From Selaginella moellendorffii (lineage: Eukaryota; Plantae; Lycopodiophyta), in NCBI RefSeq assembly GCF_000143415.4, contig NW_003314281.1, positions 980,833 through 1,044,832 of the forward strand: DNA of 64,000 nt, written 5' to 3'. The notes beneath the pieces were generated by a model. That model saw only the letters and a program-made list of their open reading frames with translations, ran no database searches and was not told the origin of the DNA. Of the stretch, positions 50,645 through 62,141 are shown piece by piece; within the stretch, counting starts at the first letter, position 1; every line of letters begins with the position of its first letter. A program made the position numbers and the translations under genes.

Positions 50645-53600
50645 ATGGCCTTCAGGGTTGGGGAAAAGGTTTACATTTTGAATGGTGGGAAGAGAGTTGC
50701 AAAAGGGACCTTTGTGTCTATGGATCGGAACTTTGTTATACACTATCAAAGGCTTGGGGAAGGCAATGCTGCTGTATCAGTAGAGACTGTCTTTGATGGG
50801 AATGTGGTCGCTATTGAACGAGGAGAGATGGTCGTCGGGGTAAATGTTGTTGTTGCCTTGAAAAATCTGCAGAAGAAAGCAGATGTTGGGGACAGCGCAA
50901 GTGCGACGCATGTTCCCTCCGTGGATCTTAAGAATCGTGCTACATGGATTCAGGCAAAGGTGTTTCTAAACAACCCCGAGGGGGAGGTGGTAGCTGAGGG
51001 CTTAGCCACAGTTGTCGATCCAAGAGATGTGGTTGCTAATCAAGAATTGGGTTGGGATGATATTGGAGTTGCGATTTTAGAGGTTGTTGACACAGAAAAA
51101 AACAGTCTGACTATTGGAAGCATTGTGCGGTGGAAATTGAGGCATTTAGTGTTTGAGAATGTGAAGGATTCACAATCAAACACCACTACAACTGATGACA
51201 GAACATCTCTTCATGGGAAAAGAAAGTACACCTTCCTAAAGTGCAGCCAAAGGGATCTGAGCAACGAACCGAAAAGGCAGAAAATGGTGATGGAGGTTCG
51301 AATGGTCTCGACAGTTGCTTGTTGCAAGAGGAGGTGCTGTCAACATGCTGATTGGGATGCTATTGAAGAGGAGAGAGCAAGATACAAGATATTGTCCTGG
51401 AAGGCAGCTCGCAATTTTGTGTATGAGGCATTACGGTCATCTATTGATGCTTCAGAACATCAGGTGGGGGGCATGGTCTTCCAGAGGGGTTTGGTCTGCA
51501 TGAAGGCATGGAGAATCATTTATGGAGTCCCTCGAAGCACATTCTACAGAATCAAAACTGAGTTCGAGGAACAAAGGGTTCAACAGGCAGTCCATGGGAA
51601 CGACGGTACGCACAAAACCAGGGGTCATGTTGTATATGGAGAGGCAATCTTCAAGAGGTTTGTCGAGACATGTAGCGAGCAGCAACCACATAAAACCCGC
51701 CTCTTGGAAGATGGAACACGAGACACCCAACAAGTTCTCCCTTCCATGTATACCAAGGGGGCCATATTGGAAGATGTGAATCGGGAACTCCAGAGTAATG
51801 GCTACAGGAAGCTGAGCCAATCTAGATTTAGTAGATTGTGGAGCAACAGGTTCAGGGATGTGAGTATAGGAAAGTACTCCAGCTTTTCAAAGTGTGACGA
51901 GTGCACTGCTATCAAAATGGCTTTGTTGAAGAATTCTTGCAGCGCTCAAGAGCGAGAGACGTTGGTTAGAAGGCGGCTCGACCACAACATCGAGCAGAGA
52001 AGCTGCAGGACTGTATATTATCATAACAGGATTCTCTCCATGGAGAGACCTGACTCTTACCTCTGCATCATCCACGACAAAATGGACCAAAAAAAGACGT
52101 GCTTACCTCGACTCAATCCTGCTCCTAAGGCAATCTCTTCATCCATGCAGCTGCCTGTGTCTCTGTTTGGCATAATCGCTCATGGGCATGGTGCCCAGAA
52201 CTATGGGAACTTCTTTGTACCTCTATGGGGTGGCGGGGGTGCAAACATGATGATTGCGTCCCTAGCAAAACACTTAAGGTCTCTACAAAGTGCGCAAACT
52301 GAGCTGAATGGCCAACCCTTGCATAAGGCCCTTGTCAATCGAACCCCATACAGGGTTCAGCTGGAGGAGGAGCAAAGGCTTGCAGTATCGCGTGGGGCCC
52401 CATGCCATCCCAGTGAATATGTTGGCCGTCAGATTGTAGGGTTATCACGTGAGGCCTCATGCCATTCCGACGAGGCTGGTCGCCCGGTGAATGCACAGCC
52501 TCATCCAAACGAAGCAGAATCTCAAGGAAGTTCTTGCGGCTGATGTGGCCTTCCACCCCATCTTCTGCTCCAAACAGACAATGCTGGCAGGTGAGAACAA
52601 AAACATGTACGTCTTCGCATACTTGGCGATGCTTGTTGCTAAAGGCATATTTGAAACGGTTACACTTGGCTTTCTCATGGTTGGGCACACTCATGAAGAC
52701 GTCGATGCCATGTTCAGTCACCTGGCAGAGTCCCTCCGGCGATCCAATGTCCTCACCCTCCCACAACTCTACGATGAATTCCAAAATTGCATCAAAGGCA
52801 CTGTTGAAGCTGCACTTGTGACAGAGGTTCCAGACTTTAAGGGGTTTGTAAGAGGCTACATCAGGGACGGATCCAAAACGCTGATTGGCCACTCCAAGCC
52901 TCTTCAGTTTCATTTCAGCATGCATGACGGTGCTCCAGTGATGAGGTACAAGATGAGAGAATGGGACACACTGTGGCTGCCAGTGGACGGCATTGAACTC
53001 TTCAAGAGAGATCCCATAACTGGGGAACCTATGATTCCTCAGGGTTCCCCATGGCCAATGCACCCAGATGGACTCAAAGACCAGGAAAGTATAGTGGCCG
53101 GGATTAGACAGCATATTGCCTTCTGGAAGAGGGGGTTGGTGTTTGGTGGAGAATCCTATTTTAAGAGGTGCAAGCCTTTGCTCGAATACTGGGAGAAGAT
53201 TATATCTGCTATCCAAAATGGGCCGGTTGTATATGAAGAATTGGAAGAGTCCTTTTGGCCAGAACCCAGAGCACCAGATAGTAGCGGAACAATGTCCTCT
53301 GGAAATGCAGTGACAGATAACGATGTTGAGGATCACTATTGTAGGCCGAGGAACAAGAAGCCGGATTCAGCATTCAATCCAGTACAAGTCTGCAAAGGAA
53401 TGGTCATGCTTGTTAGACCCAGTAATAAAAAACCAATGATATGGGTGGGGCGCTACATCACTGATGCAGAGGAGGACGCAGAAACTAACTCCTTCAATGT
53501 AACTGTGGAGTGGTTCAAGCCAAGTTCCGGATATACGAAGGATTGCCTAGAAAAGAGATGGGTGCTGAATCCAAGGGATCCCAGCATGAGCATATCGGTG

Positions 53601-53714
53601 GATAATGTTGTGCATGGTTGGATGCGGAAGCAGAGTGCCACCATCACCTTGCCAGACCATGCAAGAGATGCAGCAAGAGCATTCATAACCCGGGTTCAAG
53701 GTGAAATTCATTAA
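50645..53714 (+). pseudogene. Sola-type (DUF7869-like) DDD transposase with accessory N- and C-terminal domains; disrupted by one stop and one frameshift
   Basis: CCKRRCC, VCMKAW..IYG HTH-like region, FSKCDEC, CIIHDKMDQ (D1), TGA at 52541, LPPHLLLQTDNA (D2) with a +1 insertion at ~52586 restoring AGENKN, FLMVGHTHEDVDAMFS (D3). Confidence 0.85.
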
Positions 53715-54481
53715 TTCTCCTTTACTAAGTTTCTAATGTATTTTATTTCAAGGTGAACAATCCGAATCTGAATCAGAGGAGGCGTGATGGCATGGCATGA
53801 TGGCGTGAGGCGTGACACCAAAAAGGAGGTGTCCACTAGCGCTTAAGCTTATAATGGTGTGTGCTCTCATGCCATTTACTTGATCACCAAATACCTTTTT
53901 CCCTTTGCACTAGTATATCTTAATACCGGTCTGAGAAATAGAATGGCATGTGCCCTCAGGCCTTTTACTAAATCACCTTTGAAAGAAATGCAAGCCTCTA
54001 TGTCGTAAAGAAAAGGTACTAGAGAAATTCCTTAATAATATGAATGTTATTTAGTTTCATGAAAATACACTAAGGGTCAAATGAGTTAAATGACTTCTCC
54101 AGACTAGCAATGCCTCTTGCTACACCTTCACAATTAGATTCGTTAGAAAAAGATAACATTGAATAATATCTAAATGTTCTCACCATTAAGTTATATGTCT
54201 GGCTAATAGGAATGATGTTCATCTTGGAAAGCTCACCACACGCTCAATGAACAAACAAATAGTGTGTGCGCGCATGCCATCGCTCTTCTTTAGCTTCAGA
54301 TTCGACTTGTTCACTTTGATAATGAGATTTATTATACAACCAGATGGACTCAGTCTGGACACAAAGTCACCGCGCTAGTCACCATGCCCTAGATATGTCT
54401 AGCCCCTAGACAAAAAACATATAATTTCACGTCATTTTCAAATACTTGAAAATTTGTACTAGTCCCATTTTACTGAATAAA

Positions 54482-54505
54482 TCCCACTTTAACGAAATAG
54501 AGCTT
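54482..54505 (-). repeat. Right terminal inverted repeat
   Basis: tcccactttaacgaaatagagctt, the exact reverse complement of 42033-42056. Confidence 0.95.
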
Positions 54506-57500
54506 TATTGGGCTTATAATAAAATTAATTACACTTATGGGTGTTTTTGGTATTTTTCGGATTGGTGACCTTTATTTCTTGGGTGGAGACCTTAGCATCA
54601 ACAAAGTGGAAAGTCTAGGTACTGAGATGCTTATGGGAAACGAGAAGCTACATGAGTAATGAAGAGTCCTTATGCAAATAAGTCAGTGATCCCTTCATCT
54701 TTATTTTGGGAGTATCATTAAAGGGTTTATTTGACACTAATTCATTTAGTGTTTATTTTTCAAGTTTGTTTTTATAACAAAAAGTCTCTTATTATTCTCT
54801 TTATATTAGTTGATACAGATTTAAATTTATCTTCTATTATTTGGCCTGTTACCACATGTTGTTGTTTATATTTGCGTTATGTGACAGAGTTAGTTTTCAT
54901 TCTTTATAGCAACAGCTATACACACACATGTGTACGAGATGAGGCAAACCTAGTTGTGTGTGTAGGCAATCTCAAGCTTGAGCTACAATCATTGCAGTTA
55001 GTGTCGACTCAAACTTTTGCCTCATCCTTGGTATAGATTAATTGTGCCACAATTATGCCAAATGTGACTTTGAAACTTATCCCCTTTGTCTCATGTTTCC
55101 TTATATTTCTTCCATTCTTTTTAGTTTTATTCTTTTTTGTCTCTTTGGTTTTACCTTTACTTCAATCACTTTTATTTCCTCATTACTTCCTTTTATGTTT
55201 TCATCTTCTCCCTCTATTCCCTCTTCCAATCCCTCTGATAGTCCTTGTGTTGCAGCAATTGACTAACTCATAAAGGACGATCTCTTTGAACTTGACTTAT
55301 TGTTTGGGGCTAAAATTGCAATACGTCATCTTATTCCAACTAGGATGCTTATCCAATTAAGGTTCATGTTTGTTATCAGTCATTAAAAGAGATTAAAATT
55401 TCACATACAAATATCAAAGAGATGTTGGAAAAATGTATTATTCAAAAGTTGTAGAGTCCTTGAGCATGTGAATTTCATTTTGTGAAAAAGCTTGATAGGA
55501 GTATTCATTTTTGCATCGACTATCATTCATTAAATAAAGTGACGATTTCGGATATGTACTCTCTCCCTCACACTATTGATCTCTTGAATCATTTAGGGGG
55601 AAGTTATTAATTCATCAAGTTAGATATTACTTCTAGGTACTGACAAATGCTATTGATCGAGGAAGATATTCCTAAAATTCCTTTTCATACACCATTTAAT
55701 TTGTATGAGTTCTTAGTGATGTGGTTTAGTTTAGATAATACTCTAGTGACTTTTTAATGAATAATGGATGAGGTTCTTTATGATATGACAAAAGAGAACT
55801 TGTGTTATTAGTGCCGGCAACTTCATTACATTGTAGATCGTCACTAAATTATTAGCAATGATATCTTGATCCACACAGAGAGGATATAAGAGGAACACGT
55901 CCATGATGTTCATAAAATGTTGAATTAACTATGGGAAGTTTGTTTCAAACTAAAGCAATCAAAGTGCATGTTTAGGTCTAAAGACACCACTTATCATGGG
56001 TACTATATTTCTTGTGAAGGTTTGCAAGTTATGGTTATTCTCAAGTTCTCTACTCTAAAGTGTGTAAATGATGTATAGTGTTTTTAAAGCAAAATGCAAT
56101 ATCTCAGTTATTTTGTTAATCACCCTTTTGATTATACTGCACTATTGCAAGCATTGTTAAAGTTGTCAAAGTTGTCTTTCATTTGATCTATAGATTATGA
56201 GTGGGTGTTTACGGATCTCAAAGAGTTATTGACAACTCCTTCAGTTTTGAAATATTTTAACTACACTTGACCTTTTATTTTGCACATGGATGCTTTTGAT
56301 ATAGATTTTGGAGGTGTGTTGATGCAAAAGAGTTTGAGTGTGTCTGGTCAATACCACCCTATTACATACATTAGTTATATATTACAATCAAAAGAGATGA
56401 ATTACTCCATAATATAGAATGAGTGTTTAATAGTAGTTTGGGGTTTCAAAAAACTTCATGCTTATTTATATAGTTCTTAGACATTATTAAAAGGTGATTA
56501 TGTTATAGTTACTTTGTTATTAAAGTAGAAGAGTTTAATGGGTTATACTATTCGATGGGCTTTGAAACTTTAAATATATGATTTCGATATTGTTCATCAA
56601 CTTAAAAGTTCTATGGCTAATATTGATGCCCTTTCTCAAGCTCTTTGTCCTTATTTGCTCTCTTATTATGTTTCTGACTAGCCTATTATTCCAATATCTA
56701 TAGATTTTTTGGACGAAAATTCCGTGTTATCAACAGTTGTTATACTTGATATTGAGTGTTTACAAGGTGTGAAGTAAGATTTACCTTCTTTTGATGAGGT
56801 TTGTAAGGCTCAAAGGTTGAGCCATAAATCCAAAGGCTTTGCAATGTGTTTTAAAATCTTAAGTCACTTGTTGATGACTTGTTATTTTAGCATTTACATT
56901 CTTGATATCACCTTAAGGATGACTTTCTTTATTTTATGGGGATAGATCTTAATGATCATTTACGACTAGTGGCGTATTTGATTTTTATTCCACGCTTACC
57001 ATGATTCTTTTATTCTAAGCAAGCATATGAGACATTGTCATGTGACTAAGAAGTTGCGTAGATCTTTCTATTGGTTGGAGATGCGATATGATGTTACTTA
57101 GTATGTGCGTAACTATGTTTGGTTTAGGGTTTGTATTACTCCCCCTCGTGCTGTAAAAGGATGGTTGAAATCAATTACAATTTCCTATTTATTTAAGTTG
57201 GTAGTGTTTGATTTGATGGGGCCTTTTCCACAATCAACTGTTGACAATGAATATATTATTATTGACTACTTCACTCACTTGGTGAAAGTTGAAATGCTTA
57301 CTAATGCGTCTGCAATTGTTGTTAGATATTTCCTCCTCAATCAAGTAGTATTCTAACATTCCTATTTAGAATGAATTTTTTCAGATAATAGTCTCGCATT
57401 TATAACTAGGGCATTTCATATCATAACATTTCAGTTAGGGATACATCACACTTTTATGAGTGTTTATTATCCACAGTCAAATGGTTTAGTAGAACATTTT

Positions 57501-59148
57501 GTTCAAACCTTTAAAGATTGCAAAATACTTAAATTTTCAGCATTCAGATTGTAATGGTTATTTATTGTCTCTTCAATATGCATATATCATAGGGGTGCAG
57601 AGTTTTATTAGTGTTTTATTATATAAACTTTTATATGGTCATAATTTGGTACTATCAACGGAGTTGAGTTTACTTTTGCAATTGTCATTAACTACCATTT
57701 ATAATCAATATTTGACAAGTATTTTTTCATTAGTCCAAGCATCTGCCAAATACCTAGGCCACATACAAATGGGACAACAATGGTGCTATAACTCCTATCA
57801 TTGTTCACCTGTGAAGTATAATATGAATGACTTAGTGCTAGTCCATTTTCTTAATCTTATAGTACATGGTTTGTCTAAGGGGCTCCTTGCTCAGTGAAAG
57901 TGAGTGTTACGGCAAGTTAGATTACAAGTTTATAAGGTTTGGCATGATATTTAACAGACCAATCCTCCAAAAATTATGCATATGCAACAATTAAAACACA
58001 TTGTACAAAGGGATTAAAAACAACTAACACTACATATAAACTCACCGATGCCTCCTTTTGATATTCTTCTAGATCTTAGCCCATCCACTAGAAAACCCTA
58101 ATTATCTTTCATCATTGTGAGGTGTACTAATATTAGCATAATAGAATTTTGATAGTCGTTAGATTGGTTTAAGACACTTGTTCCTATATATAGGGTTTTT
58201 GGGCTAATTGATATCTCTATATTCTATTTTTATATCCATACATTCATATATCAATATTAATATCTATTAATGTTTGGTTGAAGATATACTACTTTTTGCA
58301 TTTTGTATCTATGTGCTAGAATGATATTCTATACTTTCAAAAAACCTTCACTTGATCTCTCTTTCACCATTGAGATCAATTCTGAAACTTGAACCACATT
58401 TACCACATTTTTAAGATTTAGATATGTACATCTGGAAAATAGAATATTATCTGAAAACAATTTTATACATATCCAATCTCAAATCGAATAAGGGAGATAT
58501 AGTAGTCAATAACAAAAATTCTAATTATTAATAATACCATGTGGACACAATTTCACACCAACCAAAGATCCCACAATTCCCCTTGTTTGTGAGCATTGAA
58601 AACTTATCACTCTAACCTACATTATTCTTGAGATAAAGCCCTTTCCCACTTCTAATAAATTTGGTCATTTGCTGATCCCTCTGTTTTCACAATCTTCAGC
58701 TTGCATTTGCTGATAGACATAAGCTTTTCATCTGAAACTGGGGGACGAGTGGTGCCATCAATAGACGTTGTGAACCACATCTGCGAGCATGTGTCCAAGT
58801 TTGTAGAGTAGTTTTTGTGTTGCGGCAGCCAACTTGGAGATCTTGGAAGATTGAAACGCAAAGAGATTTGCATGGAGGTGTGGGCATAGTCCATGACAAT
58901 CCAGGATTCTCCATTTGCTACCGATGCTAGACTTGCTGTTCAAACGAGAAAGAAGCATTGACATTTTTTTTGCCAGAATTCTCACGTCTTAGATTCCTCT
59001 TATAATATGTGATGTTTGCTTGTGATATGCTTCGTGTTCTCTGTTTGTTAGTGTGTTACACTGTTTTCTAGAATGGATATTCCAAGTCAAGATTACAGAA
59101 ATTGTAGCTATTTGTTCACTCGTTTTTCCTGGTATTTTACACAACTTT

Positions 59149-60660
59149 TTAGTTAAACTCTGGATTTTCTTCACTTGGAATCTCTCTTGGAGGCCACATA
59201 TGGCGAGGAATCCATTTGCCATCCGATAGTTTCTTCATGTTCTTAAAACCATGCACCCACCAGGATGTTGGAATCTTGAGCTCCTTGATCACCAAGTCAT
59301 CTGATTTGTTCATCAACGTGTAGTCCCGTGGTACCACCAGCTCAAACCCGGCCGATGATCTCGTCTCGTTCATTGCTCCATTCTCATCACCATTCATCAT
59401 CCAGCTCTCCATATCTCGCCTCGACCGCTTCCGCGACCTGCTCGACGACGATGCTGGATCAGTCTGCTTGAGCAGCCTGGAGGTCTTGTAAACTGCAGAG
59501 TGCTCGCCCACAAACTCATGCACTGTCTCGGGCTCGTCCTTGAACAGCTCCATGAACGATTCCGGAATCTCAGACTTCACCTCAAGCATGGAAGCCAAAC
59601 TTCTAGACTCCTGGATCATTGGAGCTGCAATAAAGCTGCCACTCATAGCAGCCTTGATAGGAGATCTCTTCTGCCCGGCAATGCAATGCAAGTAGAGCTC
59701 CAAGTTGTGGCAACGCATCCCAAAACCCAGATCCTGGACGTACGGTGACGATGACCAGTCAACCCTCCATTCAACGCCAACGTGCTGGTATATCCCCGGT
59801 GGAGTCAACGATACCGGTGGGATGAGCGTGACGATGTCGCCGGTGCTCACAACCCGGATGATCTTTCACGACTCCTCGGCCCGCTTCTTAAACTCACCAT
59901 CGCCGGTCTTTGGAGCTCCATACACAAACGCCGTCACCATGACTGTTCTTCCTTCGGCGATTCGCGGCTTGTTGAATCCATAGTCCGCTGCTGCGAGTGG
60001 TGCCATTCCGGCCCCCATGCTGTGACCCACAAAAGTGATACTCATGTCTTCGTCCTTGTAATCCACTTCTACGAGCTTGTTCACCTCCTTGAAGATCTGG
60101 TCTCTTAAGCTCGAGTCTCCAAACATCTTGGAAGCGTCCGAGGCAGTGTACATGCTCAGAAATCCCTCCACGACCCTGGGAAGCGGCTTCTCCAGCCCCA
60201 GGAGCTTGAGCTCCTTCATCATAAACTCGCTGTTCACGTACCATTCATCGGAGGCTTTGGTCCCGCGGAGGATGACCGCGACGTCTCTACGGCCGAGTTT
60301 TCGGGTTTCCTGGTCGCTCGAGACTGCAATGTAGCCAATCCAGGTCGTGGATGATCTCTTGTGGAGGCCATCGAAGGCAGTCCTCCAGCCTTCGACGACG
60401 AGAGTGGAGTAGAGATAGCGAGTGATTTTGTAATCGCTGGTGACCCCAACGTTGGGGAAGAGATCTGATTTGCCGTAAAGGGAGTAGTATATGAACTCGG
60501 ACTCGACCTCCATGTCGATTGCATCGTACACTGCCTCTACAAACTCACCATAGCGAATGCCGGCAGCTCGCAAATCCGGGTGGAGGGGATCGATCACTCC
60601 CTTCCAATTGTTCATGCCTTGGATGTCTTGCCACCTTGTTGCTACTAGAACTCCTGCCAT
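59149..60660 (-). pseudogene. Phospholipase A1 (class 3 lipase, DAD1/PLA1-II-like) with an in-frame premature stop
   Basis: WQDIQGMNNWKGVIDPL, RYGEF, WIGYIAVS, GRRDVAVILRGT, GHSMG; then KRAEES*KIIRVVSTGDIV (TGA 59866-59868, same frame), CHNLELYLH, LMNKSDDL...IPTSWW..KNM. Confidence 0.85.
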
Positions 60661-62141
60661 CTTTCAATCTTTTGAGCAGTGATCTGCAAGAAGTTCTATG
60701 AGAAGCTCTTTATTGTGGAGTTCAACGGGATAAGGAATGTGTGGTTGAGAATGAATACTATAGGATATAAAACTTTATAATGTCCCAATGTCTTTCCATT
60801 CTTTAGCTTAGATTCTCTTCTCGTTCGATCATGTATCATTCTTTTCTATCATCACCCATTGTATGTTTCCACAGCTAGCTGATCTCAGCGAAAAAAATGC
60901 CACTCTCCTCGATCGAGAGTGAGAGTGAAATGCCAACGTCCTAGCTCCGTTTTCCATTGACCGGGCTGGAACTTTCACCTAAGTTCCTGGTTTAAAGGCG
61001 ATAAAACTTCTATTGGTGGATCTGAAGATCTTCAGGTCGGAGAAAATCCCCACCGAGAGCATCAACTGAATTCACGTGTTTTTACATGGGGATGTTGGTT
61101 TTTTTATTAGTTTTGCTCGGCCTCGGGAAAGCTCTCCAACTCTATTTAGTTGGGTTTGGTACGCCGTTGCAGGAGTAAAGATTGCCTTGAAAGCCTATGC
61201 AGTGTGGGATTTTATGTGAACAAGGAAAACTCCCAAACGACTCGGGCAAGAACGATGGTTGGCCTTCTATTATTTTGTTTGTCCAGATTCCGGACTTTGG
61301 AAAAACTTTTGCAGGAGCATTTGAGAAGGGCCTGGTGGTCAAGGGCACTCTTCTCGTCAGAATGACGAACTCAAGCAGTTGTCACCCAAATCCTCTCCGA
61401 AGCTCCTTGCACAACCATCTACTTTACTTGGATCCAACCTGATATCCACGTAAAGTGTATGTTCCAGCGCAAGAAATTTAGAGTGATGTGCAGGTTGGAG
61501 TATCCCTATCACTGCAAACTCTACGTTTGTATCTGACATCTTTGCATCGAGACTCTTTGATGTTTACTTGGGAGAGAAAGCAGTCTCACCGTCACTCAAG
61601 GCTCCCAGAGGTTTGTATTTATTTATTTCAGGAGTTCTCTCAGAGCTCGAGAGCCCTCTCCAACAACATATTAGCGATATAAGTCGTGACATTCTGTAGG
61701 CAAGAGGGTTGAGGAACGCAAGCCACTGAGCCAAGAACAATCGCAGAATGGAGATAAAAGAAGCGAGCACCTTCAATCTGTGAATCTACGCCAGCGCCCA
61801 GAGGATTGAAGATCAGTGAGCTCAATGCCTACTTGTTGAGCCGATTTGGAATGCTGTGCGACAAGATCTCGTTAAAGATCAAGAAAAGTTTGTGACGTCT
61901 AAGGCTCTACGACAGCTTTGAGCCCAGCGTGAGCGTGTTTTCTTCTTTATATTTATTGCAGGGACTAATAAAGTTTTACAACTTTCATCCTTATAAGCTC
62001 TTTTTCTTTTTTAATATTCTAGCATATACTTTAATTTCATTCCATGTGTTCCATAATCCTAAACTCTCTGCTAACCATCCGATAAATTAAGGATATAGCA
62101 GTCTATTTATAGTGAAGGTTTCTCGAATTCTCTCTAGGGAT

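Larger units (their letters stand above)
42127..54280. repeat. Dispersed 22-bp palindrome family ATGGCRTG-N6-CAYGCCAT (~20 copies) confined to the transposon
   Basis: Copies start at 42127, 42419, 43496, 43571, 44803, 44994, 45135, 46631, 47904, 47964, 48041, 48851, 49767, 50382, 50480, 50550, 52387, 52444, 53800, 53854, 53943 and 54259 (some degenerate). Confidence 0.9.
42033..54505 (+). mobile_element. 12,473-bp cut-and-paste DNA transposon (Sola-like) with cargo gene
   Basis: Perfect 24-bp TIRs AAGCTCTATTTCGTTAAAGTGGGA (42033-42056; reverse complement at 54482-54505), flanked by 4-bp TSD TATT (42029-42032, 54506-54509). Internal DDD transposase; sharp rise in GC relative to the flanking retroelement. 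Confidence 0.93.
40985..58253 (+). mobile_element. Highly degenerate Ty3/gypsy LTR retrotransposon interrupted by a DNA transposon
   Basis: Short diverged LTRs ~40985-41130 and ~58116-58253; gag-like 41340-42030; protease LVDT ~54810; RT remnants (IDYHSLNKVTISDMYSLP, LYEFLVM) ~55400-56030; RNase H (FILHMDA..FGGVLMQ) ~56270; integrase (DLMGPFP, YYPQSNGLVE) ~57000-57900. Order PR-RT-RH-INT; many stops. Confidence 0.82.

Noticed and set aside
52385-52439. Possible palindrome-containing intron in the transposase
   Set aside because: The 55-nt GT-AG segment would shift the frame, and the frame reads through without it.
42127-54280. Palindromic repeats as a CRISPR array
   Set aside because: Spacing is irregular (tens of bp to >1 kb), copies lie in exons and introns, there are no cas genes, and the context is eukaryotic.
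60900-61900. Short ORFs and coding-like sequence between PLA1 and PP2C
   Set aside because: Many stops and no recognisable motif; possibly eroded gene fragments.
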